A DNA stretch of 64,000 bases from Verrucomicrobiia bacterium (GCA_963664225.1 OY760937.1:2912001-2976000), one strand, 5' to 3'; counted from the first letter of the stretch, positions 18,187 through 29,080 are shown. Notes: generated by a model from the letters alone, not told the origin. Translations and numbers: made by a program.

Positions 18187-19218
18187 CTATGGGACCATGC
18201 GCCCGGTTTTTAGCTTCACGGCGCCTTCGGAAATAATCGCCGCCAACCTGCCGGGTCCGGTCTCATAAATCGCAGGCCAGTTGTATTTGAAGCCCGCCTT
18301 CCAGGGAGATTCTTCCAACTCTTGCCACGTTTTAGCCCCGTCCTCGCTGATGGACAATGTGTTGGAACAGGAAGTAAGCAGGATGCGGCCATCGGTAAGA
18401 ACGATAACGTAAGGCGCCGCTTCATGACCGGGAATGGGTGATCCAAGAGCCGGGGGCCACGAAATTCCATCCTGAGATAGCTTGTAATGCACGATGCCTT
18501 TTCCAAGTCCCACGACCTCATAGACTAACAAAAACTTTCCATCGTTCAACCGGTTGACCACACCCATGCCCGGCCGCAATTTTCCGCCACCGGCTTCCTC
18601 CACGATGCGAGTTTCTGGTCCCCAGGTTTGACCGCCATCGGTGCTGGTTTTCTGGGACAACACCTGGCTGTAACCCTCAAGTTTTTCGTTGGAGTAGATG
18701 ACGCTGACTTTCCCATCCGGTAACTGAAATAAAAAGGGTTCCCAGAGTCCCCGGCTTCCGGCTATTCCCTTGGCAACTTCGCTGGTATCCACCTGGCTGG
18801 TCGCCTGCCAGGTCCGGCCACGATCCACGCTGCGATAGACGGGAAGGTGGTAGGATTGGCCATCAATGAGGGAACGACCGGTCAAAAGCACCACTCCATT
18901 CGAGAGGGTCAGCAGATGGCCGTTGTCCAACTTCCGTCCGGTCTCCCGAAGTTCGGCTGCAGATCGCCATGGCCCGCTCGGATTGGTGGCGCGGTAGAGA
19001 CACAGACGGCTGGGTTCGGTCTTCGAGAAGCGCGTGATTACGGACAGCCATTCTCCATCCGGCAGCGGCGTGAGCCGACCCCATGCGCCGCGGTCAATGG
19101 TGGTTTCCGCGCTCCAGGTGATTTCAGCGCCCATGGCGGAAATGGCGACAATTGGCAACAGCCAGACTGCAACACGAATGGCCATCAACAGAGTGGTCAA
19201 GCGAGGCGGTGCATTCAC
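18187..19218 (-). CDS. exported sialidase-like (BNR/Asp-box) beta-propeller protein
   Basis: Asp-boxes SVDRGRTW, STDGGQTW, SQDGISW, SEDGAKTW; signal peptide; start uncertain. Confidence 0.8.
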   Translation of the reverse strand: MNAPPRLTTLLMAIRVAVWLLPIVAISAMGAEITWSAETTIDRGAWGRLTPLPDGEWLSVITRFSKTEPSRLCLYRATNPSGPWRSAAELRETGRKLDNGHLLTLSNGVVLLTGRSLIDGQSYHLPVYRSVDRGRTWQATSQVDTSEVAKGIAGSRGLWEPFLFQLPDGKVSVIYSNEKLEGYSQVLSQKTSTDGGQTWGPETRIVEEAGGGKLRPGMGVVNRLNDGKFLLVYEVVGLGKGIVHYKLSQDGISWPPALGSPIPGHEAAPYVIVLTDGRILLTSCSNTLSISEDGAKTWQELEESPWKAGFKYNWPAIYETGPGRLAAIISEGAVKLKTGRMVP

Positions 19219-19275
19219 TGTATCTCTTTCTTGTTTGGATGTCCGGCGATGGATCTGGTGCATGAGCGTTTATGC

Positions 19276-21153
19276 CTATGGAACTGCTGGTTTTTGGACA
19301 ATCCCTTTAATGAATTCCGCAGGTGTGATCCCGCGCTCATTGATATGGGCGATGGGTTGCCAGCCTTGAGGCCCGGGTTGTGTGGCTTTGGCGAGCCATT
19401 CGGCGGCGAGGGAATTGCGGGTGCGTTCAAAAGGCCACTGCCCGGCTTTTTGTTCGCATTGTTTGCGCAATTCATTCCATTGGCTCAACCAGACATATTG
19501 GAGCGATAGATGACTGTTTTTGACCCTCCACAAAAGGGCGGGATCGGCAGCGGCGGCGTTTTCGGCCAGACGCCAGAGAGCTTCGGATTTGGACATGACC
19601 TCAAAATCCAGGAAGGTGGTGGTCTTGGGATCTGATTGGGCTATGTTCAAATCGCGCGCCAATTGACTTACCAGAATCAAGTATTGCTCGATGGGTACTG
19701 CCGCAGCCTTTCCGTAGTAGCCGCAGAGGAATTCCCAGATCAACGCCCGGTCGTTCTGGTGGGGATTCCACATGAGCTGGGCCGTAATCCAGGCCTTGAG
19801 TTCGGCCATTTCGCCCCCGTTGGACTCATAAGCGCCCTCGGCCATGAAGCCTTTGACGTTGTGAGCGTAATAGAAATCAAGATTGGGCCCGATGACAAAG
19901 TAATTGGGATGGGGCTGGAGGTAGCGCCCGAAATCGGTGTCGTAATTCCAAACATAGAGCCGTTTGCTGATTTTGGACCAGTCGTCGAGATCGCTTCCAA
20001 AGGTGGAATTGGACCACTGGCTCATGGGAACGGCAAAAGTGGATTCGATGGAGCAGAGCCGCACGATGACGTTGGATTCGGGTCGCACGTTCTTTGGCGC
20101 GTGTCGGGTATATGTGTAGGCGAGCGTGTCGATGGCAATCTTGGGATTAACGGGTTGAACACGCCGCGCCACGGCGTTGACGAAAGTCAGCAATGTGCCC
20201 GCAGGTCCGCCTGTGGCGGCGTCCATCGCCAGGCAGTTCGAGCATTGGCAACTGCTGACGTTGTCATTTTGCGAGACAGAGAGGATCCGGGCTTTGGGAG
20301 AGGCGCCCAGCGATTCTGTGACCCGTTTGCACACCTCTTCGAGCAACTGGGGATTGGTGAGGCAGAACTGGCTGTTCGTTGGGGTGCGCACGCCGTTGAC
20401 CAGCGCGTACCATTCCGGGTGCGCGGCGAAATAAGTTTTAGGCGGAATCAGCGGGTAAAGGGTGTGAACGAAGCCGTTATACGTAATGTGCCCGCCCAGT
20501 TCATCGGTCAGGCGGGCGGAATTGCCATTGCATTGATTTCTGGCGGCCCAAAGTCCGTCCAAGGCATGATTCCATAACGCATCCCGGTATTCAAAAGCGG
20601 GGGCGACCTGGAGGTTCAAGGAGGGAATCGCAATCCGGGATTGTTTTGGAACCTCAGTGGCCCAAGGGGTCCACCAACTCACGTTGCATTGCTGGTGGAG
20701 AAATCGGTAAACGGCATATAATGTGCCGCGGGTGCGTCCGCCGGCCAGCAACAACCGGTGTCCCGAGGTGCGAAGAATGATTTCCTCCTCGCCCAATTTG
20801 TTCCACTCGATACGGGGGAAATAACGCTCCGCCGTCGGCCCGGGCCCGATGACGATGGCTTTCTCGGGAAGGTCCGCCCCGGCCTGAAGAATTTCAAAGT
20901 GCGTCCCGGTGATTTGCTGCAAATAATCAGCCAGTTCGCGCGCGGCAAACAGCTCCGTCGCAGTGGCTCCTGTCTGCGTGTAAATGGCCGCGCCCGGTTG
21001 GGCATTCTCACCGACCACAAGGGCACTGTATGCGGAAGCCGCCCGCGCCCACGCGAACAACGCGCAGAAGGCGCAAAGCAGGAATACGATCCTGCATTTT
21101 GATATCGATATCGGAGGAGAAATTCCTCGAGGGCATGATTTTGGCGAATTCAT
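19276..21153 (-). CDS. DUF4838 domain-containing putative glycoside hydrolase
   Basis: FAARELADYL..ITG, RGTLYAVYRFL, PAFEYR, HPEWYAL..QFCLTNP, TLAYTYT. Confidence 0.8.
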   Translation of the reverse strand: MNSPKSCPRGISPPISISKCRIVFLLCAFCALFAWARAASAYSALVVGENAQPGAAIYTQTGATATELFAARELADYLQQITGTHFEILQAGADLPEKAIVIGPGPTAERYFPRIEWNKLGEEEIILRTSGHRLLLAGGRTRGTLYAVYRFLHQQCNVSWWTPWATEVPKQSRIAIPSLNLQVAPAFEYRDALWNHALDGLWAARNQCNGNSARLTDELGGHITYNGFVHTLYPLIPPKTYFAAHPEWYALVNGVRTPTNSQFCLTNPQLLEEVCKRVTESLGASPKARILSVSQNDNVSSCQCSNCLAMDAATGGPAGTLLTFVNAVARRVQPVNPKIAIDTLAYTYTRHAPKNVRPESNVIVRLCSIESTFAVPMSQWSNSTFGSDLDDWSKISKRLYVWNYDTDFGRYLQPHPNYFVIGPNLDFYYAHNVKGFMAEGAYESNGGEMAELKAWITAQLMWNPHQNDRALIWEFLCGYYGKAAAVPIEQYLILVSQLARDLNIAQSDPKTTTFLDFEVMSKSEALWRLAENAAAADPALLWRVKNSHLSLQYVWLSQWNELRKQCEQKAGQWPFERTRNSLAAEWLAKATQPGPQGWQPIAHINERGITPAEFIKGIVQKPAVP

Positions 21154-21184
21154 GCCCTGAAGATAACCGTCGAAGCGCCGAAGT

Positions 21185-22156
21185 TCAACCCGGCTCAGCC
21201 ATCAGAAAGGAGCTTGGCTCCGTGGCGGTGAACGTGACCGTCTGCATGCACGCAGGCGCGAGGCAAAAGCCGCCTTTGCACAGAACAGAATGGCCGGCGT
21301 CGCGGTCAAATCCCAGTTTGCCTTCGATGACGCCCATGATCAGCGATTTTGTGCAAGGCAGCGTGGCGGTTTGACCAGTTCCAAGCCGTACACGGCGCAC
21401 CTTGAACAGGGGATCGTTCACCAGTTCAGCCGTCTCCACGCCGTTGATGATCTCGATGCGCGGGTGGATGAGCTGGGGCTCCAGATCGTCGAAATCGATG
21501 CAAGCAAGTCCTTCCTTCACATGAAGCGCGCGCGGCTTGCCGTCCAGGCCCACGCGGTTCCAATCAAACAGGCGATAGGTGGTGTTGGAATTCTGCTGGA
21601 CCTCAAAGATCATGACACCGGCGCCCAGGGCATGAACCCGACCGCTGGGCAGAAACACCGCATCTCCCGGTTTGACGGCGATCCGGTGGAAGCAGGTTTC
21701 CAGCGTGCCATCCTTGAGCCGGTTCTCAAAATCCTGACGGGTTACGCCGCGACGCAGACCGACAAATATTTCAGCCCCCGGAGCCGCCTGGGTGACGACC
21801 CACATTTCGGTTTTTGGTTCACCGCCCAGTTCCGCAGCCTTGGCAGCGGGTGGATGGACCTGCAGGGAGAGCATTTGCTGGGCGTCGATGATTTTGACCA
21901 GCAACGGATAACGCCCATTCAGGGAGGCGGCGCTGCCGAGCACCTCTTTGGCGTGATTTTCCATGAGCCAGCGCAAGTCCTTCCCGGCCAAAGGACCGTC
22001 AGCGATGACGCTTACCCCTTCGGAGCGGTCGGTGATTTCCCACGATTCGCCGATGGTTTTTCCGGCGGGCACATGTTTGGAATACACCTGTTCGAGCAGG
22101 TGTCCGCCCCAGACATTCTCTTTTAGAACCGGATGAAAAATTAACGGATATAGCAT
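21185..22156 (-). CDS. manA: type I phosphomannose isomerase
   Basis: VWGG, GESWE, PLLVKIIDA, LSLQVHP, KTEMW, GRVHA, EVQQNSNTTYR. Confidence 0.9.
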   Translation of the reverse strand: MLYPLIFHPVLKENVWGGHLLEQVYSKHVPAGKTIGESWEITDRSEGVSVIADGPLAGKDLRWLMENHAKEVLGSAASLNGRYPLLVKIIDAQQMLSLQVHPPAAKAAELGGEPKTEMWVVTQAAPGAEIFVGLRRGVTRQDFENRLKDGTLETCFHRIAVKPGDAVFLPSGRVHALGAGVMIFEVQQNSNTTYRLFDWNRVGLDGKPRALHVKEGLACIDFDDLEPQLIHPRIEIINGVETAELVNDPLFKVRRVRLGTGQTATLPCTKSLIMGVIEGKLGFDRDAGHSVLCKGGFCLAPACMQTVTFTATEPSSFLMAEPG

Positions 22157-22197
22157 ACGCAATATATTACGGAGCGGCGGCGTTCCAATTTAACCCA

Positions 22198-23217
22198 TCA
22201 AACCTTGTCGGCCTCGGTCGTTGGAGCTGCCGGTGGATTCTCAATCACTGCGGCCTGCTGTTCATTGTAGCGGCCGAAGGAGCGGAATTTTTCGTAACGC
22301 AGCCGCAGACGCTCCTCCACAGACAGGGCCTGGATGGCGTCCACATGCTTGATGAGCGTCATCTTGAGCGTTGCTGCGGAGGTCTCCAGATCGTTGTGCG
22401 CGCCACCGATGGGTTCGTGAATGATCTCATCGACGAGCTTCATTTCGAGCAGGTCTTTGGCGGTGATTTTCAACGCCTCGGCGGCCTTGGCGGCGGCGGC
22501 GCGGTCTTTCCAGAGGATGGCGGCGCAACCTTCCGGGCTGATGACGGAATAGTAGGCGTTTTCCATGATGAGCACGCGATCCGCCACGCCGATGCCCAGG
22601 GCGCCTCCAGACCCCCCTTCGCCGATGACCGTGGCGATGATCGGAACCTTGAGCAGCGTCATCTCGCGCAGATTCACAGCGATGGCTTCGGCGATGTGGC
22701 GTTCCTCGGCTCCGATGCCCGGATACGCCCCGGCGGTATCGATCAAGGTGATGATGGGCAGGCCGAATTTGTCCGCAATACGCATCAGGCGCAGGGCTTT
22801 GCGATAACCTTCAGGATGCGCGGAACCGAAATTGCGCAGGATGTTTTCCTTGGTATCCCGCCCTTTCTGCGTGCCGATGACCATGACCTTGCGGTCGTTT
22901 AGTTTGGCAAAACCACCCACGATGGCGTGGTCGTCCGCGTAGAGCCGGTCGCCATGCAACTCGGAGAATCCGGTAAACGTGGAACGCAAATAATCCAGCA
23001 CGTAGGGTCGCTTGGGATGCCGGGCGATCTGAACACGCTGCCAGGCGGTCAAATCCGCATAGATTTGTCGCCGTGTCTCTTCGATCTTCTTTTCGATTTG
23101 CTGAATCTCGTCGCCAAGGCTGATGGCCATGTCGTGCGTTTCCGGATGCTTTTTCAAGTCGTCCAGTTTGCGCTGCAACTCAATGATCGGTTTTTCGAAG
23201 TCAAGCTGATGCTTCAT
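22198..23217 (-). CDS. accA: acetyl-CoA carboxylase carboxyltransferase alpha subunit
   Basis: LDFEKPI, ARHPKRP, PEGYRKALRLM, GEGGSGGALG, YSVISPEGCA. Confidence 0.97.
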   Translation of the reverse strand: MKHQLDFEKPIIELQRKLDDLKKHPETHDMAISLGDEIQQIEKKIEETRRQIYADLTAWQRVQIARHPKRPYVLDYLRSTFTGFSELHGDRLYADDHAIVGGFAKLNDRKVMVIGTQKGRDTKENILRNFGSAHPEGYRKALRLMRIADKFGLPIITLIDTAGAYPGIGAEERHIAEAIAVNLREMTLLKVPIIATVIGEGGSGGALGIGVADRVLIMENAYYSVISPEGCAAILWKDRAAAAKAAEALKITAKDLLEMKLVDEIIHEPIGGAHNDLETSAATLKMTLIKHVDAIQALSVEERLRLRYEKFRSFGRYNEQQAAVIENPPAAPTTEADKV

Positions 23218-23301
23218 TAGTCCCCCCATTTTATGTGGGCGAACGCCCCATCGCAACGAGAAAGCACCAATGCAAAACGGGACGGGTTCGCGCCCGACAA
23301 T

Positions 23302-24051
23302 CTATTTGGCGGCGTCCAGCGGTTTGATGCGTATGTTGCGGTAGCGGACGAATTGCTGGGTGAAATCACCGCCTCCATGCACCTGAAGCGCAATGCCACC
23401 CTGGTCGGGATGACGCTTTTCGGTCTCCGTCCATTCCATGATTTTCACGCCATTGATCCAGGTGGTGATGGCGGGAGGATTGGCGGTGATGCGGGCGCGC
23501 AACTCGTTCCACTGACCATGCCGCCAGAAAAACGGCCACGACTCTGGCAGAACCGGCAGGGGCGTGGGCGCCTTGACTTCCTTGATTTTTTCGGGCGCGT
23601 CCAAAAAGGAATAATTATAGACGGACGGTTTGGCGCCAAGTCCACCCTCCCCATAGATGCCCATGAGATTGCCGCCACTGTGATAATCGATCATGGCCTG
23701 GAAAGCCGTGCCATTCTCCGTGCTGCGCAGGAACAGGCCGCTGTCCGGTCCGAAATCGTTGTTCATTTCGAGGATGATCTCGAAATCTCCATAAGGTTTG
23801 TCGGTGATGAGAATGCCGCCATTGCCCGGGATGTCCTGACTGCCGGTGATGACCCCGTTTTCCACGACCCATTTGCCGCCGGTTTTGTGGTCGCTCCTGG
23901 CGCTGTGCCCGGTTTGGGCGCTCACATGCCAGCCAGCCAGCGTTTTCCCGTCAAAGATGGGAATAAAGCCCTCGTCCGCAGCCTGGGCGGGGAGACTCAA
24001 GGAGGCAAGACAGCACGCCGTTAGAAAAGTGGTTGTCAGGGAGATTTTCAT
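23302..24051 (-). CDS. DUF1080 (3-keto-disaccharide hydrolase family) exported protein
   Basis: signal peptide; FDGKTLAGW, DSGLFLR, GQWN, GGIALQVH, RNIRIK. Confidence 0.88.
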   Translation of the reverse strand: MKISLTTTFLTACCLASLSLPAQAADEGFIPIFDGKTLAGWHVSAQTGHSARSDHKTGGKWVVENGVITGSQDIPGNGGILITDKPYGDFEIILEMNNDFGPDSGLFLRSTENGTAFQAMIDYHSGGNLMGIYGEGGLGAKPSVYNYSFLDAPEKIKEVKAPTPLPVLPESWPFFWRHGQWNELRARITANPPAITTWINGVKIMEWTETEKRHPDQGGIALQVHGGGDFTQQFVRYRNIRIKPLDAAK

Positions 24052-24344
24052 GGTGAATGGACTATAACACGTAGGCGGCCCCGGACAAGGCGATAGTGGG
24101 CGATTGCGGGCGGAAGATGCCCACGGGGAGGAATGATGGATAATCCACAGATGCCGCCGATTGGCACAGATGGGAAACCATGGATTTTGTGGTGGAATGG
24201 GCCTAATCCATCTTGATTCCAGCAGGTTACATGCAAATTGAACTCAAATTAAGCCCGATGGGTCGAAAATGTGAACCCAATGTGTTAAATACGCTTGATA
24301 CTAGCATAAATACGGCGTAATGCAGTAATAACACTAGATCTGCG

Positions 24345-24980
24345 ATGAATAACTTCCGTGATCAAGGCCAGTTTTCTGGAAAATTGGACATCGAAGAAGC
24401 TCTAAAAAGGCTGAATGCCAAAATGGTTTATGGCGGGTTGGATCCGGTAGAGCTCGTCAGTTGCGGTGGGGCTTCGCTCAACCTTATGGGATGGGTATCC
24501 CGCTCCACCAGCGATGTGGACATCCTTTGCGTGGCGCAGGTGGACGCCACAGGGAAAGTGAAACTGCTGCCAGGAGTGCCATTGCCACCCCGGTTCATTG
24601 GGTTGATTGCGGAAGTGGGCCAGGAAATGGGCATCGATGAAGAATGGTTGAATCTCGGTCCGGCTCCGTTAATGGAGTTTGGGCTCCCTCCGGGATTGGA
24701 GGACCGGCTCACGCGCACAAGTTTTGGCCCCTGTCTGGCGCTGCATGTGGTTGGCCGCCTGGATCAGATTCATTTTAAGCTGTATGCAACGATGGACCCA
24801 GAGACCCGGATCGAGACGCATCTGGGGGACTTGTTGGACCTGGAGCCAACCGCAGAGGAGGCTCAGGCTGCCGTGGATTGGTTGTTGATCCACAAAACCA
24901 GCCGGGATTTCCGTCGTAAACTCAAACAGGTATTGGACCGAATCGGGCATGAAAAACTTGCTGCAAGAATTCAGGACTGA
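24345..24980 (+). CDS. DUF6036-like nucleotidyltransferase
   Basis: CGGASL..G..SRSTSDVDIL, WLN.GP, KLYA motifs. Confidence 0.75.
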   Translation: MNNFRDQGQFSGKLDIEEALKRLNAKMVYGGLDPVELVSCGGASLNLMGWVSRSTSDVDILCVAQVDATGKVKLLPGVPLPPRFIGLIAEVGQEMGIDEEWLNLGPAPLMEFGLPPGLEDRLTRTSFGPCLALHVVGRLDQIHFKLYATMDPETRIETHLGDLLDLEPTAEEAQAAVDWLLIHKTSRDFRRKLKQVLDRIGHEKLAARIQD

Positions 24981-25941
24981 ATTGACTCAGACCGTGCTGA
25001 ACCGCCTTTGGTCGGCCTGGTCCCAAGTGGGTGTGATGGGAGGGGCAGCGCCGTCCCGTTCCCGCATTGTCGATCCTGAGCCATTGCTTCTCCTGACTTG
25101 GGCCTGCGCCCGGCAGGATGCAAGAATGTTCGATGAAGTGTTGGACTGGCTCGTGGAGAACGGCCGTTGGATCAATGTAATGCGACTCACAGCCCTCATG
25201 AAGGCGGACAAAGTCTGCCCACCTTCACTCGTTGGCGCCGTGGCGGCCTTCATGGCCGAACGTGTCAGGACACCCAAGTGGCGGAACCTTGCCAGGACAT
25301 GCCGCCCCGAATCCGGTGCGTCAACCGAACCGTTATTCCAACACCAGGGCAAACCGCTGGTCCTGATGGATCAGGAAAGCGATGGGATCTTTTCTGCTTA
25401 CGGCTGGCTGCGTTCAGCGATATGGCTCCGTGAACAATCCCAGAAACTGCCGACATGGACACCGGCCAGCCTGGTGTTGAAGTGCCGGGCTTTTTTTGGA
25501 GTGAGCATTCGCGCCGATGTGTTCGCCTATCTGGTGGCGCATGGTCCCGGCACCGCCAGCCGTTTGGCGCGCGAATTGGGCTATTCGCAACGTGGTGTTC
25601 AAGAAACACTGATGGATATGCAATCAGCCGGGCTGTTTCAAACCCGCTATGACGGCAGCCGGAAAGAGTATTCCATTGATTCCGCCAGGGGCTGGCCGCT
25701 TTTGTTTGAAGCGACGCCTCAACGCGCCGAATGGTTCAACTGGAGGGCGTATGGCCGGGCCGTTTCCATAATTTGGGATAAGGCATTCACGATTAAAGAA
25801 GAGGGGCTCTCGGATTATCTTTTTGAGTCGGAGATGGCCAAGGCGTTGAAGGAAGCGCAACCCGACTTCATCGCCGCCGGGCTGGCACTTTCGGAGCGTC
25901 CAACAACCGGGGAATTTCTGGACAAGTTGAAGCGAGATTGA
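24949..25941 (+). CDS. hypothetical protein with winged HTH, partner of the DUF6036 gene
   Basis: overlaps the upstream gene; IVDPEPLLL..R.FDE..DW, RADVFAYL, TASRLARELGYSQRGV HTH. Confidence 0.7.
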   Translation: MKNLLQEFRTELTQTVLNRLWSAWSQVGVMGGAAPSRSRIVDPEPLLLLTWACARQDARMFDEVLDWLVENGRWINVMRLTALMKADKVCPPSLVGAVAAFMAERVRTPKWRNLARTCRPESGASTEPLFQHQGKPLVLMDQESDGIFSAYGWLRSAIWLREQSQKLPTWTPASLVLKCRAFFGVSIRADVFAYLVAHGPGTASRLARELGYSQRGVQETLMDMQSAGLFQTRYDGSRKEYSIDSARGWPLLFEATPQRAEWFNWRAYGRAVSIIWDKAFTIKEEGLSDYLFESEMAKALKEAQPDFIAAGLALSERPTTGEFLDKLKRD

Positions 25942-26010
25942 TCATTGGAAGTTGTCAAAGTGGGATGCTTGATAGCCCGATTTGGGGGCGATTTAAGCAG
26001 GTGTCGTTGT

Positions 26011-27861
26011 TTACCCGGCGGCGGGCGCGCTGTCTTGTAATATGGGCAGCGTGAAGAAAAAGGTGGCGCCGCGATTGGGTTCGGCCTCGGCCCAGACTCT
26101 GCCACCGTGACGCTTGACCACCCGCTGCACCAATGCCAGGCCCACGCCTGTGCCCTCGAATTCCTCCACTCTGTGCAGCCGCTGGAACACCCCGAAGAGC
26201 TTGGAAGCGTATTTCATTTCGAATCCCGCGCCGTTGTCTTTCACCGAATAGACTGCTTCGCCGCCCTGGATGGAACCGCTGACCACAATCTCCGCCCGCT
26301 CGCGCTTCCGCGTATATTTCAGGGCGTTATCGAGGAGGTTCACCCACACCTGCTGAATGAGCGCCGGATCCGCCTCCGCCCCCGGCAGAGGTTCCATGCG
26401 AAAATCCACCACTCGCTCCGGTTCGCTAAAGGCTAATTTGTCATAGACCTCGCGCACGAGCCTTGTCATGTCGATGGGCACTTTTCTGAGGGACTGCCGG
26501 CCCAGCCGTGAGAATCGCAAAAGGTCGTCGATAAGCTGGCCCATGCGCACGGCTTCGGAACGGATCACCTCGAGTTCCCGCTGGCCATTGCTGTCGAGCT
26601 GGGGGCCGCAATCGCTGACGAGCATATTCGCAAAGCCGTTGATCGTCCGCAGCGGGGCGCGCAGATCATGGGAGATGGAATAGGAGAAAGCCTCCAATTC
26701 TTTATTCGCAGCCTCCAATTGCGCGGTGCGGTCGCTGACGCGCTGTTCCAGTTCGATGTTCAGCTTTCGGATTTCCTCCTCGCTCCTCCTCAATGCCGCT
26801 TCGGCCTGTTTGCGGTGGCTGATTTCGCGGGAGAGCTTCTGATTCCATAAAATCAATCCTGTCAGGATCACACCGAACAGGGCCAGCGTCCTCCATAACA
26901 GTTTGTAGTTGAATCCATGCTCGTAACGGATGGGCACCCATTTACTGTAAATCTCAGCGCGTTCCATTTCGGACGCCGAATCCAGCGCCTTCTGAAGTAT
27001 TCCGGCCAGGATCGCCCAGTCTTTTCGCACCGCCATGGCGGTCTCATTGGAGTAAGGAGTCTCCCCCGCAATCTTGAGATTACTCAATTTCAGCTTGGCC
27101 AGGTAATAGCTGGTGACGAGCATGTTATCGATCAATGCAAAGACCTCGCCTTTTTCCAGAAGGTGCAACCCATCCTTCACCGACGGGACCTTGACCAGTT
27201 GGATACCCGGAAAGTCGCGCGGAATCAATTCGATCGCCATGTATCCCTCGACCACGGCCACTTTCTTGCCCGAGAGTTCCCGCATATCGGAGATGTAAGT
27301 CACATCCGAATGGGTGAGTATGACGAGGGGAATTTTCATGTACGGCTTGGTGAAGGCCCAGAATTCCGTGCGTTCGGGGGTCACGGTTACCGAAGTGGTC
27401 ATGTCGATATCCCAGCGCTTCAGACGCTCAAAAGATTGTTGCCAGGTCAGATTGCGAATCCGCACAAACTTGATCCCAAGGCGCTGTTCGATGAGCTTCA
27501 AATAATCGTCCGCGATGCCTGTGGGTTCTCCCTGTGCGTCGGCAAATTCAAACGGTGGCCAGCCGGGATCCTGAGTAACCCGTATGACGGGATGCGCCCG
27601 CAACCAAGTCCGCTCCTCCTCGGTTAAGGTTTTAAGAGCGGAGTTTGATTCCGGCGGTTGAATGGCGGCGCTATTCGACTCTCCCTGCACCCGACCGGTC
27701 TCCTGCCCGAAGCAGGCGGTGGCGGTCACAACGGCCAGGAATACAACGGCCAGCGCGAATACGGCGGCAAAACCCAGGCGCGCTTGGAGTGCCATCGGTG
27801 ACACACCATTGGGGCGCGTCATACTGGCAAAGGATTCCGCCGTTTTCCTGATGTCAGACAT
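26011..27861 (-). CDS. sensor histidine kinase with periplasmic solute-binding (family 3) domain
   Basis: WPPFEF..G...D binding domain, TM helix, FSYSISHDLRAPL, NLLDNALKY, DNGAGF, GTGVGLA. Confidence 0.92.
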   Translation of the reverse strand: MSDIRKTAESFASMTRPNGVSPMALQARLGFAAVFALAVVFLAVVTATACFGQETGRVQGESNSAAIQPPESNSALKTLTEEERTWLRAHPVIRVTQDPGWPPFEFADAQGEPTGIADDYLKLIEQRLGIKFVRIRNLTWQQSFERLKRWDIDMTTSVTVTPERTEFWAFTKPYMKIPLVILTHSDVTYISDMRELSGKKVAVVEGYMAIELIPRDFPGIQLVKVPSVKDGLHLLEKGEVFALIDNMLVTSYYLAKLKLSNLKIAGETPYSNETAMAVRKDWAILAGILQKALDSASEMERAEIYSKWVPIRYEHGFNYKLLWRTLALFGVILTGLILWNQKLSREISHRKQAEAALRRSEEEIRKLNIELEQRVSDRTAQLEAANKELEAFSYSISHDLRAPLRTINGFANMLVSDCGPQLDSNGQRELEVIRSEAVRMGQLIDDLLRFSRLGRQSLRKVPIDMTRLVREVYDKLAFSEPERVVDFRMEPLPGAEADPALIQQVWVNLLDNALKYTRKRERAEIVVSGSIQGGEAVYSVKDNGAGFEMKYASKLFGVFQRLHRVEEFEGTGVGLALVQRVVKRHGGRVWAEAEPNRGATFFFTLPILQDSAPAAG

Positions 27862-27993
27862 GGTTTAGGCATTTGATTGTACTCGAATCACTGGCATTTG
27901 TCACTCACGCCTTCCTGCGAATGCGCTGTTGGGGTGCAGGACAAAATTCTTCGGCAAGATAACATGGTCTATAAATGAAATCCCTCTCTCCAA

Positions 27994-28028
27994 CTCTCTC
28001 CCCACTCGTGCCTCGCGGGGCGAGAGAG
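27994..28028. repeat. REP-like palindromic hairpin
   Basis: ctctctcccc ... ggggcgagagag inverted repeat in an intergenic region. Confidence 0.5.
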
Positions 28029-28204
28029 AAGATCGCGCGTTCAGTTCTTTGAGCCGACCGTTTTCATTCGGCCTATATACTTCCATGTCGGTTAAAAGCC
28101 TTTTTCGGCATGCAGAAGAATTTTGTCCTGCACGCGCGCTGTTGCTCTTAAAAGTAGCTGGGCATTCCGTTGGCTTTGCCTTAAACTGCGGGTATTCTCT
28201 GTTT

Positions 28205-29080
28205 ATGAAAACAACGACAAAACGCCTTTTCCTGTCCGCACTGGCCGCCATTGTGTTCCTCAATTTCGCCGCTCGTGCCGCCGAACAGAGCCCTTACCCG
28301 TTCTTCCCCTTCTGCATCGACTGGCATGATTCGCAGAAACGCAATTTCGAACAACAGGCCGTGATGCTCAAGGAACTGGGCTATCCCGGTGTGGGCCACA
28401 TCTGGCTGGATAAACTCGAGGAGCGGATCAAGACGCTCGATGCCGCCGGGCTGAAGCTGTATCAGATCACCATGACGGTGGAGCTTGCGCCGGACAAGAC
28501 GCCGTATGACACGAACCGCTTCAAGGAAGTCTGCGCGCTTATCAAGGGCCGCCATGTGCAATTCTGCCTGCTGCTCAATGGCGCGAAGTCGTCCGACCCG
28601 TCCGTCGATCCGCGCGCGGTCGAAATTCTGCGCGCGATGTCCGATCAAGCCAAGGATTCCGGAGCGCAGTTATTGTTGTATCCACATCAAAGTTCCTGGG
28701 TCGAACGGATCGAGGATTCGGTGCGTGTGGGGGACAAGGTGGACCGCCCGAATGTGGGCGTGATGTTCAATCTCTGCCACTGGCTGCGCGTGGACAAAAG
28801 CCGCGACTACCGCCCGCTGCTCAAACAGGCGATGCCCAGGCTCTGGGCCATCTCGATCAATGGCGCGGATGAGTTCGACGCGAACCCCGGCTGGGACCAT
28901 TACATCCAACCGCTCGACAAGGGCAGTTTCGACGTGGGCCAATTTCTCAAAACGCTCAAGGAACTCGGATACAAAGGACCGATTGGGCTCCAGTGCTTCG
29001 GAATCGGTGGCGATACCCGCGAGCACCTGGCCCGCTCCCTGGCGGCGTGGCAGAAGCTCAGTGTGAATTTGAAGGACTGA
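28205..29080 (+). CDS. exported sugar phosphate isomerase/epimerase family (AP endonuclease 2 TIM barrel) protein
   Basis: signal peptide; LYPH, NVGVMFNLCHWL, GYKGPIGLQ. Confidence 0.8.
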   Translation: MKTTTKRLFLSALAAIVFLNFAARAAEQSPYPFFPFCIDWHDSQKRNFEQQAVMLKELGYPGVGHIWLDKLEERIKTLDAAGLKLYQITMTVELAPDKTPYDTNRFKEVCALIKGRHVQFCLLLNGAKSSDPSVDPRAVEILRAMSDQAKDSGAQLLLYPHQSSWVERIEDSVRVGDKVDRPNVGVMFNLCHWLRVDKSRDYRPLLKQAMPRLWAISINGADEFDANPGWDHYIQPLDKGSFDVGQFLKTLKELGYKGPIGLQCFGIGGDTREHLARSLAAWQKLSVNLKD

